Source of the DNA: Chiloscyllium plagiosum
Lineage: Eukaryota
Length of the DNA: 64,000 bases
NCBI RefSeq assembly: GCF_004010195.1
Contig: NC_057719.1
Span: forward strand, 3,955,902 to 4,019,901
Reading direction: 5' to 3'
Position 1 is the first letter of the stretch, and every line of letters starts with the position of its first letter. Positions 51,763 to 64,000 of the stretch are shown one piece after another. The notes below the pieces were generated by a model that was not told the origin of the DNA, did not search any database, and saw nothing but the letters and a program-made list of their open reading frames with translations. The position numbers were made by a program, and so were the translations under genes.

Positions 51763-52265
51763 TGTTTCCCCCACCTCTGTTGAAGCAAAATGCTCAGACA
51801 CAGTATAGTTTTACCTCCTTTGTCTTTATTCCGGGCCCTGGAGGGAGAGCAAACGATCGCCCATGTGCATAGGACCATGAGGTCTTCTCTGGAACATCAT
51901 AGTCATGTAACAGAGACGAGCATCCAGATAAGGCAACAATATTGATTGGGTGACCGTTACAATCAATGAGTATCAATAGTAAAGATTAAGCCATCTGCTA
52001 TTACACAATGAATAATTGGCTTCACATAACAAATACTTTTTACGTTGCTAACTGACCTTGCATACTGAATGCTACCTTATCTTGTTAGATGTCTTGACAT
52101 AACGACTGCTTTTCCGCCTTGTTAACCCATTACCCTTGCCTCCAGTACCCCATTGTTAACTGTAAGTTCTTATCTGATCTGAGTCATGCTCAGCTGATAC
52201 TCTTATTTTACAAAACTCAGAATTTAGCTCTTTTCCTGCCTGCTTATACTCTATACACATTTTCA
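51763..52265 (-). mobile_element. LTR-like repeat, copy 2 (inverted relative to 44447)
   Basis: Minus strand TGAAAATGTGTATAGAGTATAAGCAG...GCTGAGCATGACTCAGAT...AATAAAGACAAAGGAGGTAAAACTATA matches copy 1; 3' boundary uncertain. Confidence 0.62.
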
Positions 52266-54059
52266 ATAAGGGGAAATTGGTACCTGTTGTGCAGGCAGAG
52301 ACCCAAAGGTCCTGATGGATGGGATGGTGCAGAGGTGGGATTTCCTCTTACCCTGGGACCAGAAGTAAGGCCACCAATTCAATCAATAGAAATTGGAATT
52401 GAAAACCAATTGTGACCATCAGAACTATCTGCTTGAAGAAAAACCTCCTTTGATTCATTATTGTCCTTTAAGGAAGGAAAGCTCCCATCATTGCATGGTG
52501 AATTAGTAGTGGGACTAAGCCATTATAGTTGGTCCATATGATAGGATCAGTATGAATGATTAACATATACGGTACTTAGCAGATTGAAAAAGCTGGAGGG
52601 GAGAAAAAAAGCTCCTTACTAGATATTGGTTTATTTACAACTTTACAACACATTAACTTGGAGACACATCAATGTACTAGAGCCAAGTTTACAGATGACA
52701 CAAGAATAGATGGGAAGGCAAGTGGTAAGTCTGACAGTTTGCAAAGAAATAGAGACAGGTTAAGCAAGTGGGCAAAACACTTGGCAGGTGGAATATAATG
52801 TGGGAAAGGTGAATCTATACACTCTAGCAGGAAGAATTGAGGATTGTTTAAATTTAGGGAGATTTGAATGACGTCGCCTGACAAAGGGGCAACATTTGGA
52901 AATCTTCTGATTAACTTGTTTAAGACATTGGTTAGATCTCAGCTGAAGTATTTTGTACAGTTCTGGGTGCTACACAATAGAAAGGATGTAAAGGCATTGG
53001 AGAGAGTGCAGAACCAATTTATAAGAATGGGCCTATGGAGGAGAAGTTTATGAGGATAGGTTGAAGAAGTTGAGACTGGTCTGCTTGGAGAGGAAAAGAC
53101 TAAGGGGGAGGTCTGTTTCAAAATAATAAGGTGGTGTGGATAGGAAGAAATTGTTTTTACTTGTAAAAGAATCTCCCAGAGTGATTGCCAAAAGAAACAA
53201 CTGTGAGGTAGGGAAATAACTTTTTCACCTGTTAAATAGGGAATAAAATGCATTGTCTGCAAGTGTTGTGGGGCCAGGATCAATTGAGGCATTCAAGAAG
53301 GTGTTAGATGATTTATCTCAATGTGCTGGCAGGTGGGACGAGATTGGTTTAGGATATCTGGTTGGCATGGACGGGTTGGACCAAAGGGTCTGTTTCCATG
53401 CTGTACATCTCTATGACTCTAATGTACAAGGGTATGGGGAAAAGGCAGGAAATTAAGTCAGTACTGGTCTTCATTTGAAGAGTCAGCAGAGTCACACTGG
53501 GCTGCATTGCATTCTTGTGTGCCAAACCACTCCTGTGATTTCCAGAGCAAAGTTTGTTGTTTGTAAGTTGGCTGTAATTGTGTGGGACAGATGAGATGTC
53601 TGTTTTTTTTGTAAATTTGTTTTTCATGCTCTTCAGGTCAACCACTAGTCAGAATCCATCTCTGAGAGCAGTGTTATGTTTGCTGGTGTGCAGATAAGAC
53701 CTTTAGAAACACTTAATGAAATCTAGTTTATATTAAAATGCATTTGCTCATTAAAACGAATGCATGACAAGGTGTTGATGTTTTGCTGCACGATCAATTT
53801 TTCCATACCTCTAGCATGTATCAAATAAGTGCTTTAAATGCTCATAAATTTCTACAATAGCCGTTCTCTATACCTTGTGCAAATGAGTAAGACAACTAGT
53901 TCTAATGTTAATCAGGATCACATTTTGGGTTTCTTACAATACTGTAGTTAAAAACTGTGATTTAACAGCCACTTGAGTGCATTAGTGAGATATACACTCA
54001 ACTCTGAGGTCATGGAATGTGGTGCCTACCCACGTGTCACTTAATTTGCCTAAACGTAC

Positions 54060-54712
54060 AGTTTTGGAGTTCAGTAACTGAGTGGTGCTGAACAAAAAGA
54101 TCTAGAGGTGCAGGTGCCTAGTTCCTTGTAAATGGAGTTGCAAATAGACAGGGTGGTGAAGAAGATATTTGACATGCTTGTCTTCACTGGTCAGTATATT
54201 GAGTATAGGAGTTGGGATTCAGTGTTGCGGCTGTACAGGACATCGGTGATGTTGCTTCAGAATACTGCATTCAGTTCTGGTCTCCCTGCTAAATGTTGTT
54301 AAGCTTGAAAGAATACAGAAAAAATTTTTCAAAGATGTTGCTGCGATTGAAGGGTTTGGGTTATGGGGAGAGGCTAAATATGCTGGGTGGTTTTCCCTGG
54401 AGTGTGGAAGGCTGAGGGGTGACCTTGTAGAGGCTTCATAAAAACTATGAATGGATATGTCTTTCTCCCAGGGTAGGGAAGTCCAAAATTAGAGTGCATA
54501 GATTTAAAGGGCAACTTTTTCACACAGAGGGTGGTGTGTGTATGAGGAGGTGGTGGAGACATTTTAAAATACATCTTGATGGGCACATGAATAGGAAAGA
54601 TTTAGAGGGATCTGGGCCAAATGCTGTCAAATGGGACGATATGAGTTTAAGATATTTGGTTGATGTGGATGAGTTTGCCTGAAGTGCCTGTTTCTGTGCT
54701 GTATAACTCTGA
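54060..54712 (+). mobile_element. CR1 LINE 3' fragment (decayed)
   Basis: CR1 RT-tail nucleotide motifs and ctgtataactctg tail. Confidence 0.8.
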
Positions 54713-55289
54713 CTGTTTGAAATGCCTGTAGAACAGAGAGCAGTAGTGAAAGCAGATTTGAGAACCAGAAAGTTTGCAGTAATCCAAAGGATATTTTAAA
54801 TTGTCATTTCATAGTTATCCAGTATCTTCCTGTCCCTGCCATGCTTTGTAATGAAGCAGTCTTATGCTAGGCATACCTAAAAGTGGGGTGTCAACCTACT
54901 GACAGTACAACATACTGTTTTTGAATGGGAAATAGTAGAAGCAGTATGCAACAGTGATCCCACGCCAGCTGATCAGATTTAAACTCTATTATCAACAAAG
55001 TGATTATCTTTACATCCTTTTATAAGAGACTGAAGTCTGCAGTTTGCTGTTTCTCTCTCGCTCCTTTCTTAACTAATGGAATGACATATGCCTCATTCCG
55101 ATCTGCAAAATAATTCCCGAATCTCTGGAATTTTGGAAGATAATCACCAATGCTCACAACACTCAAGTTCCAGTAACTCATTTTTAAAATTGCCACATCC
55201 TAGTCCACATTTTCCTTGGTTTAAAGCAGCATATTTTCCTATTTGCTTTTAGTCCATAGTCCTAAAGAAAGGTCTTCGCTTTGTGATAT

Positions 55290-56070
55290 CAAATAACATT
55301 CAAAGGCATTGGATACAGCAAAGGCTATGGACCCTGACAACATTCTGGTAATAGTAATGAAGATTTGTGCTCTAGAGCTATCTGTGTCCTACCCAGGTTG
55401 TACCAGTACAGTTATGACATTGACATTTAGCCAACAATGTGGAAAATTATATAATTGTGTCCTGGACAAATCCAACTTGGCCAATTATTATCTAAGCAGC
55501 GTCATTAGGGCTCTTGCTCAAAACGTGGACTCTCCTGCTCCTCAGATGCTGCCTAACCTGCTGTGCTTTTCCAGTATCCCACTCTTGACTCTGATCTCCA
55601 GCATCTGCAATCTTCACTTTCTATTGTCTAAGCAATCAACTCTTGGTTATCAACAAAATGATTTGAAAAAGTTTTTGATAGGACCATTAAAAGACACTTA
55701 CAAAAGAATAACCTCATTGACAGTCAGTTTGAGTTCTGCTTGGACGCCTGGTGGGATGAGAGTGACTGGCCTTAATATCAAGGTGTTATTCAACTGAAAG
55801 GAGCTCGAGCAAAACTGGAGTCAACTGGAATTAGGCAAAAATCTCTGGTGGTTGGCATCATACCTAGCATAAAGGAAAATAAAGTGATGAAATCAGTTTA
55901 ACCGTTCCACGATATCACTGCAGGATTTCCTCAGTACTGTCTTTAGTTGCTTCATAAATGATCTTCCTTCCATCAAAAAGGTCAGTGAGGATAGTCACTG
56001 ATTTTGCCATTTTCATGACTCCTTAGATACTGAAGTAGTCCATGCTGTATTAAGCAAGACCTAGACATAA
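55290..56070 (+). mobile_element. Old CR1/L2-type LINE RT fragment with a Penelope-repeat insertion at ~55505-55625
   Basis: ORF 55309 DTAKAMDPDNILVIVMKICALEL (KA.GPD.I motif). Confidence 0.65.
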
Positions 56071-56725
56071 TCCATACACGTACCACCTTTTGCGTGTTAA
56101 AGTTGCGCCTTAGGTTTCTCTTGTATCTTTCACCTCTCATCCTAAACCTATGCCCTCTAGTTCTGGACTCCCCGACCCCAGGGAAAAGACTTGGTCTATA
56201 TATCCTATCCATGCCCCTCATGATTTTATAAACCTCTATAAAGTCATCCCATAACCTCCACTCCAGGGAAAACTCCAGCCTGTTCAGCCTCTCCCTATGG
56301 CTCAATTCCCCAACCCTGGCAACATCTTTGTAAATCTTTTCTGAACCCTTTCAAGTTTCACAACATCTTTCCGATAGGAAGGAGACCAGAATTGCACGCA
56401 ATATTCCAACAGTGGCCTAATCAATGTCCTGTACAGCCACAACACAACCTCCCAACTCCTGTACTCAATACTCTGACCAATAAAAGAAAGCATACCAAAT
56501 GCGTCCTTCACTACCCTATCTGCCTGCGACTCCACTTTCAAGGAGTTATGAACTGCACTCCAAGGTCTCTTTGTTCAGCAATGCTCCCTAGGACCTTACC
56601 ATTAAGCGTATAAGTCCTGTTAAGATTTGCTTTGTCAAAATGCAGCACCTCGCATTTATCTGAATTGAACTCCATCTGCCACTTCTCAATCCATTTGTCC
56701 ATCTCATCAAGATCCCATTGAAGAA
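56070..56725 (-). mobile_element. CR1 LINE 3' fragment
   Basis: ORFs 55982-56305, 56302-56541 and 56538-56732 ([24 protein letters not shown]). Confidence 0.9.
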
Positions 56726-57213
56726 TACTCAAAACTCAGCTAGAACAGAAAGATACAGCGCAGTACAGGCCCTTTGGCCCTCGATGTTGCACCGATCATC
56801 GAGCTCTGGCAACATTTGTGGACAGAGCTACAAAATTAATGTTGATAGAGTTTAACCTTGCACAATTCTCCCAGACTGCTTCAGACAACTCTTGCTTCAT
56901 ATCTCTATAATTGGCCATCCAAAATTTCTTAAAGGTAAAGAAAACAGAAGCTCTACACAGTCCCCACCCACCCCCACAAATTTTGAGCAAAAGGAGTGAG
57001 TAATAAATATTTAATCAATAGCACTAATGGCAGTGGACCAATATGGAACACAGCAACAAGGGCAGGATTTTCTAGCATGGAGCATATTTTATCACTCTAA
57101 AAATTCATTCATTTGATATTTCTGTTATATCTAGGCTAGCATTTATTGCCCATTTTTTGTTAAGCCATCTTTGATACTTTAATAATGAGTTTTGTTTTGT
57201 TTATTTCCTAATT

Positions 57214-57401
57214 CGAGGCAGCATCTGAGGAGCAGGAAAATCGACGTTTCGGGCAAAAGCCCTTCAGGGCCTCCTGATGAAGGGCTTTTGCCCGAAACAT
57301 CGATTTATCTGCTGCTTGGATGCTGCCTGAACCGCTGTGCTTTTCCAGCACCACTGTAATCTAGAATCTGGTTTCCTGCAACTGCAGTCCTTGTTTTTAC
57401 C
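57214..57401. mobile_element. Palindromic mini Penelope-repeat insertion with a 13-bp TSD
   Basis: 51-nt inverted arms at 57216-57266 and 57278-57328; flanks ttatttcctaatt (57201) and ttattttctaatt (57402). Confidence 0.78.
57272..57303 (+). ncRNA. Minimal hammerhead motif, another family (stem III palindrome mutated)
   Basis: TC-CTGATGA-A-GGGC-TTTT-GCCC-GAAA-CATC-GA. Confidence 0.55.
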
Positions 57402-58925
57402 TTATTTTCTAATTAGTCATTTACAAGAATAACATTGGGCCACCAGTTTGTTGTTCATGATATGGAGTTTAACATCACTAGACAATAAAGTCCACAGGTC
57501 TTAGAAAAAGTGGATAGGTATCAGGTATTGCTAAGTTTCGGTTTGTGTTTGTTGTATGGTATCCAGTCAAAGAATGCTTGTGGACCAGGGCTGTGAAAGA
57601 TATAAAAGCATAGAGAGAGATCTACTTTCAGTTTAAAAGAGGACAAGGGAACATTTTTTTTCAATTTGAGTGCAGAAAATTCTATTCTTCAACGCAGTCA
57701 TTAATGTTGAGTCACATTTCGTGTTTACTAATCTCCCACATTGCTTAATTGAACTTTTCTATGATCTAATTAGAATTTTCTATTCAATCAAAAATAATCT
57801 GCAAAGGGCAAGAATGTTTGAAGAAACAATAATAAAATTCTTGGATGTATACCTTTAATTCCCAAATTCAAACTTGTAATTTTAGTGAGCTCTGATGCTG
57901 GTTCTTAAGATAAATTTCACTCATTTCCAAGAACAAGTAGGAAGAGTTTGTGAGCTTTGATTTATAACCTCAAATCCAGATTCCTGCTGACCTCTAACCG
58001 TTTAATCTCTTGCTTGAGCAGAATATATCTTTTTGCCTGAAAAAATATTCAAGGACTGTGCTTCCACCACCTTTTCAGGAAGACAGTTCTGAATTTTCAA
58101 ACTTCTGAGAGGGGGAAATAAAAAGTTCCACCTCATCTGTTCTAAATGAATGACCCCTGATTTATTAAACAGGACACATAGTCCGAGATTCTCCTGCAAG
58201 AGAAAACATCCTGTTGTTAGGTTCTTTTCCTGAGGTTTTACACGAGAGATGCAATTCACACATACCAACTTTTGCAAACAGTTGAAGTTTATTAAAGCTT
58301 ATACAAGCTAGGTGACCCCATTTGACCTCTCTTGCAACCGTGTCAGGTTAAGTCAAAGCGAGGCACTGAACAAAGAAAATACATCCCCTTCATACAGGTC
58401 AGTTGGCCGTGCTGACAGATACTCTGGCCACGCCCTCAGTCACATGCAACTCAAGATTCCCCCCCCGACCCCCGTTACACTAAGTCACATGTTACCCCAG
58501 GTACAATGACAGGATGAGATCATCCTCAGTGCAAATGCCCTAATCCTGGGGAATAGTTATGCAGATGATTTCCTGACAAATTCCCCAAGACAATGCAGGT
58601 GTGACATATTTCTGACCAGAAAGCATTTCTGAATGGATGAGATTGAACAGTAGTTTTGCTTGACAATAGCAAGAGGGAATAGAAGTAAATGACTGTCTAA
58701 TTGGGGTGTGGGTGATTCGCATACTTGCCTGACTCGTCCCCACCCAAAGGTGTCATATTAAATGTTGTTATGGAAAACAAAAGCTTATGATCTAAGGGGA
58801 TAGCGTATTCAAGTGGATTTAAAATAAATAGGAAGCAGGAAATGACATCACCATCCCAAAGAAACCCAAACATGTAAGTAGAAAGCAGGAAACAACAGTG
58901 CTTCGTCCAGAGGCTCAATGAAGAT

Positions 58926-59242
58926 ATTAGATTAGATTAGATTCCCTACAGTGTGGAAACAGGCCCTTCGGCCCAACAAGTCCACATGGACCCTCCAAAG
59001 AGCCACCCACCCAGACTCGTTCCCCTACATTTACCCCTTCACCTAACATTACGGGCAATTTATCATGGCCAATTCACCTAACCTGCACATCTTTGGACTG
59101 TGGGAGGAAACCGGAGCACCCGGAGGAAACCCATGTAGACACGGAGAGAATGTGCAAACTCCACACAGACAGTTGCCCGAGGCAGGAATTGAACCCGGGT
59201 CTCTGGTGCTGTGAGGCAGCAGTGCTAACCACTGTGCCACCC
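58926..59242 (-). mobile_element. HE1-like V-SINE
   Basis: (attag)n tail, V-domain and A/B boxes on the minus strand. Confidence 0.9.
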
Positions 59243-60787
59243 ACATACTCTCTGCAGTCTCACTAGTTCCCTGTATAACTGAAGCATAACCTTTCAATTT
59301 ATGTATTCCATTTCCCTTGCGAGAAATGAGCTATTCTACTCTCTTTCCTAATTATTTTCTATACCTGTGTATAACCGGTGTATAACCTTCTGCAGTTTAT
59401 GCCTGAGGTCACCCAGATCTTTGCAGCTCAACTTTGCAATCTGTCATCATTCAGATGAGGCTTTTTATTCTTCATGCCAAATTAGACATTTTCACACATT
59501 GTACTTTATGTGCCATATCTTTGACCACTCACCTCACCTCACGATATCATTTGGAACTCCCTTGTGTCCTCTTCACAACTTACTGATGAGGCAAAGGTTG
59601 GTAAGCGAGTAACTTTGGCAACCATACCTTCTATCCCTTCATCTAAGTCATTAATATAAATTGTAGACCATGTTTCCTGTGACATATCACTTGTTGTATA
59701 CTCTCAACCTGAAAATACCTATTTATCTTAAATCCACTTCAAACCATAAGCTTTTGTTTTCCACAATAACATTTATTGCGATACGTTATCAAATGCTCCT
59801 GAAAATCTAAGTGCAATGCATCTACCAATATCCCCTTCTTCCGCTGTTTGTGTTTCCTTCTCAAAGAACTCATTAGTCAAACATGATTTCCCTTTCACAA
59901 TACCATGTTGACTTTGTTTATTATCTTTACCTTATCCAATTTCCTTGCTATAACCTCTTTAATAGTAGCCTCTAACATTTTCCCATTGACAGATGTTAAG
60001 CTGACTGGCCTCATGTTTCCTGCTTTGTGTCCCTCCCTTCTTGAATAAAAGAGTTGCGTCACTACCTTCCATTTCAAACTGTTACCAAATCAATGAAGGT
60101 TTGCTGAGCTAAAACCAGTATGTCACCTATCTGACTGGCCATTTCTTTTAAGATGAAGTCTGTCATTTACTTGTCAGCCCACAGCTCCAACAATTTACTT
60201 CTCTGGTGATCTGATTTCTTGATTTATTGCTGCTTTTGGGATGTTACTGGTACCTTTGAAAGTGAATTCATTAGCCATTTCCTTATTTTTCATGATTAAT
60301 TCTGCAGTGTCACTTATTATCAGAACAAAGCTTTCTTTGTTAGCTTTTTGTATCTGTTTTTATATTTCTAAGTAGCTTTCTCTCAAACTCTTACTTTTTT
60401 CTTTTTATTAATTGTTTTGTTCATTTTTTTTGCTGTTTTTTCAAATTTTGTCCAACCTTTTAACCTTGCGCAATTATTCTTCTAATTGCAATTTCTTGTT
60501 AACCACAGATGAAATTTTCTTTCTTGTTGGAATGTATTTATTCTGAAATATAACCTGTCTATTCTGAAATATAACCTTACGTTTCATTGCATCTCTATTT
60601 GCCAAACGTTTAACCTAATTTTCCAGTTCATTTTAGCCAGCTTTGCATTCATGCCCTCATAATTGCCCTTATAAAAACTTATCTGACTCATTCCTCTCTT
60701 CCTATTTCAATTGGGTGTTGTGGATGCTGCTTTAATATGAGACCATGAAATAATTGTATGTCATTTCACAATACTAGGTCTAGTATA

Positions 60788-62288
60788 CAGGTAGTTCTTG
60801 AATAATGCGAGTTCAGGCAGCGTGATTTGCTTATAATATCACTAAGGAGTTAAGGAATGGGAGTTTAGAGAATGCTTACCTCTGTTCACAGTAGCCCAAT
60901 TTCAGCGGTGATCGTTTTGCACGTTTCGTCCTGCGCATGAGCCGATATCAGCAGCATTCTACGCATGCGCCGGTGTCAGTGCAAGTCTTCGTGTCATCTA
61001 CACATGCGCGGATGTCAACTGCCAACAGAGCAGTTTTCTGTGAGAGGTACCGTACACAGCAGGTTTCAGAGAGATCCAATGAGCAGCTTCTTGTGAAAGG
61101 TACACGACTCCTAGAATATCTCTTTCTTTGAAAAAATGAGGGAGCATAGTGACAAAAATGTTAGCAAGAAGTGTATTGATGAAATTGTAGTCGGTGAGCA
61201 CAAAAGGCTATAATACAAAGAAACTAGATAATATGAAGCATTTTGAGCATAAGGAGAGAATGTGATATAGCTTGCTTAATAGGAATAAGGAAGTATACCA
61301 TATGCACAAGAATGACCCTCTGCCTCTGCATTAACAATATTTTTTAAATGTACAATGTTAAATTTACTTTTGTTTCTTTGGTAAGTATGATTTATACCTT
61401 CATCTAGACAATGCTATACTTTGTGTTAGACCTTTGGGTGATCATGAGTGATATTTCCTGCTGGTCTGCCCCAATTCAACTTTTCCTATCGGCCCCATTA
61501 TTTATGTTAAGCGATTTTTCTCTGGAATGCAACTATGGTGTAATAGGTGTTATGGACTAGACCAGCTTATGCAAAACATTCTTAAGCAGGCAGCCAGGAC
61601 CATAACTTTGCAATTTACTTTGGTAAGTGTACAGTGAAAATTACCTAGAGTAAGTTAGTGAGGTTGACTACTAGGTTTTAAAACAGAAAAATTTATTCAC
61701 AAAATTACATAATGAAACACAGAACAGAATAATGAACATCTACAGAACTCAGTCTATCCAAACTAGACTTAATTATGCTGTTCCAAATATATACCAGTCC
61801 AAATAAGCAAACCTCCTTAACAGTAAAAATGGAACAGATGCTTACTGGTTGAAGTTAGAAGGGCAGAAAGGGAGAGAGAGCCTGTTTCCACAAAGCTGAA
61901 CTCCTAATTTGTTCTGGACTGAACTGCTCAGCAAGAGAGTTGACCACACCCCTTTCATTATATATGTCACTTCTAAAACATGACCACTTTGGCCTGAAAG
62001 AGTCGGGAGTGTGTTGCTTGGGCTTATGCCTGAAACGTTGATTCTTGTGATCCTCATGCTGCCTGACCTCTGTGCTTTTCCAGCAACACACTGTCAACTC
62101 TGAAGTCTCATCTGTTTTCATATTAAAGGGTATCGAGAGGCCTTTTTGTTTCTTTGTACCAAACCAGTCTGATCGGAAGTGGGAGCTGTTTATGACCCTC
62201 TGAAAGAAACCAAAGGCACAGTATTCTTGAGAAAAGGAAAAGCTTTTAGAGAAAAGGGACCAACTTTGTGATATAGGAGAATGATTTT
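60788..62288 (+). mobile_element. Non-autonomous Tigger/pogo-like DNA transposon
   Basis: TA target then CAGGTAGTTC terminus; frameshifted N-terminal HTH remnant KKLDNMKHFEHKER/DIACLIGIRKYTICT at ~61217-61310; decayed right terminus. Confidence 0.65.
61548..62273 (-). mobile_element. Solo LTR with a 4-bp TSD (TAGG)
   Basis: TAGG at 61544-61547 and 62274-62277; TGT...(C>T)A ends; TATA-like box (~61960) precedes AATAAA (~61695) on the minus strand. Confidence 0.68.
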
Positions 62289-63553
62289 AAGTCTGCTCGC
62301 TGGTTTACTGCAGAATGTGCTGTTCTAGAAAATTGCCCTGAAAGCATTCTACCAACTCTTCATCTCGGCTCTCTTTGTCCGTCTGAACTTTACCAATGAA
62401 TTGTGGATTAAAATCTCCCAAGATTATTGCCATGCCTTTCTGACAAAGTCTCAGTATTTCTTCCTTTATGCCTCTCCTTGCTGTGTGATTCCAAAGAAAT
62501 GAATTTTTGCCTTTATTATTTATCATTTTTACCCAAACAGTTTTCACATCTTGGTTTCCTGAACTTAGGTCGTCCCTCTCTATTGGGCTAATCATTAACT
62601 AACAACCTCTCCTTTTTTGGTTTCCTTTCATTCCTAAATGTCTTATCCTTCAAGTTACAGGTTCCATTCCGTGTTATTCATGCATTCAGGAATATCAAAT
62701 TTAAAACCGGCTCAACAATTTGTATAACCGGAGAAAAGGGAATGATCTGATTTCTGTGTAAAGTAAGTGACTTGTCTTCAAAATAATTCTTTAGTTGCAA
62801 AGTACTGGCAGTATATTTTCTGTCTAAAGAAGTTCTGATCCAAAGGAAGTCGAAATGGAAACTATCAAGGGAGAGCGACATACAATCCATATTTAAAATT
62901 CCATTCTCGGCGAGAAACCCATTTTTTTTTTTCTCACTACGGTTTGTAAATTGCTGACTCCAGATCGAAGGCCAAAAATAGTTTGAGTTCAAGGCTCTGA
63001 AATTGTGTTGTTAGAGAATAGCTTTCATAAACTCCTTCATGCTTAATAAATACAGGAGTTGGGATGAATTAAAGGAGAAACATAGTGTTTGGTTAATCAT
63101 TCCTCATCCACTGAGTCGAAAGTGCACCTCAAAGTATCTTTAAACTTGAAATGGCAACTGAAGTAGTATTCATTGACTACCTGTCAAACAAATGAACCCA
63201 TTGCTGCGTGGCGCCTCCAGAGAGGTGCTGTTTTGTGTGTGTCTGTGCAACAAGTGGTTGATTGAAAACAATACTCTTGAGTTTCTGCTTTCTAGTCATC
63301 TAGGTGATCCTAATTCAATGATGTAAGGCCCAAAGATGGCAGAAAAGAAAATAACAAAGATCCAACACTAATGTCAGTGTTAATTGGGCCCAGTTGTGCT
63401 GGACAGAAACATAATTGTTCAGTAATCTAATTAGTTATATGGTTTGACCTTATCATCCCATGGTGATGATTATTAGAAAGTTTGACAAGTGACCTGCAAT
63501 ATAAGCATAGCTTCATGTCTAAGCATGACCTGACCATTTACTTATCGACAATT

Positions 63554-63885
63554 GGGGAGACGATGGCCTAGTGGTATTATCACTGGACTGTTAATCCAGA
63601 GACCCAGGTCATGTTCTGGGGGCCTTGGTTCAAATCCTGCTATGGCAGATGGTGGAATTTGAATTCAATAAATATCTGGAATTAAGAATCTAATGACAAC
63701 AAATATCCATTGCCAGTTGTCAGAAAACACCCATCTGGTTCACTAATGTCTTTTAGGGAAAGGTGTCTGCTGTTCTTACCTGATCTACATGTGACTCCAG
63801 ACCTACAACAAAGTGGCTGACTTTCAACTACCCTCTGGGCAATCGGGAATAGGCAATAAATGCTGCCTAACCAGTGATGGCCCAT
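63554..63885 (+). mobile_element. tRNA-headed DeuSINE (SacSINE1-like)
   Basis: A box TGGCCTAGTGG, B box GGTTCAAATCC, central block catgtgactccagacc and ggcaataaatgctg tail; older copies at ~20440-20720 and ~52370-52500. Confidence 0.7.
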
Positions 63886-64000
63886 TGTCCACTTCAAACT
63901 AAATTCGGAGCAACATGGGAAAATGAAATGCTGCCTTTTTGATAAGGGTTTTGGGCTCAAATTCACCCAATAGCTTTCAGGACTTTTTCTATTCTTGGTG

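Larger units (their letters stand above)
59245..62660 (-). mobile_element. Old CR1 LINE (endonuclease plus RT), split by a nested DNA transposon
   Basis: ORF 62305-62595 ILGDFN (APE) and ORF 59895-60077 RPVSLTS (RT); the KPASEQT-ILDLVL motif rejoins across 60786/62290. Confidence 0.75.

Noticed and set aside
53637..53886. Possible exon after the strong acceptor at 53636
   Set aside because: No recognisable peptide and only a distant, moderate donor; cannot be supported without transcripts
60537..60578. Tandem tattctgaaatataacct duplication
   Set aside because: A simple slippage duplication inside a decayed LINE
1..64000. Prokaryotic operon, CRISPR array or defence system
   Set aside because: The spliced exon-intron gene and vertebrate SINE/LINE content show eukaryotic DNA; there is no regularly spaced repeat-spacer array

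Overview
This is vertebrate genomic DNA, not prokaryotic. The repeat content (HE1-type V-SINEs, SacSINE1-like DeuSINE, CR1 LINEs, Penelope-like elements) points to an elasmobranch (shark). Positions 619-33628 (+) hold 12 coding exons of calmin (CLMN). They join in one open frame of 923 codons plus stop, all with GT-AG introns, and encode two CH domains, a large Ser/Glu-rich exon and a C-terminal transmembrane anchor; the first exons lie upstream of the window. A repeat-poor ~3.4 kb putative 3'UTR follows. A CpG island at ~46.0-47.45 kb has TATA-less housekeeping promoter motifs and a strong + strand splice donor. Because CLMN lies next to DICER1 in human, it is probably the DICER1 promoter and non-coding first exon, although no DICER1 coding exon was seen. 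The rest is largely decayed transposons. The most notable hidden signal is a set of minimal hammerhead ribozyme motifs from at least three Penelope repeat families; several have intact catalytic cores and compensatory stem II changes, and one lies in the sense strand of a CLMN intron. Other points of interest are palindromic mini-Penelope insertions with target-site duplications, an inverted pair of LTR-like repeats flanking the CpG island, a four-level TE nest (CR1 > Tigger > solo LTR > Penelope repeat), and LINE junctions at CLMN branch points. TE boundaries are approximate, and comparisons with human sequence are from memory and need alignment.
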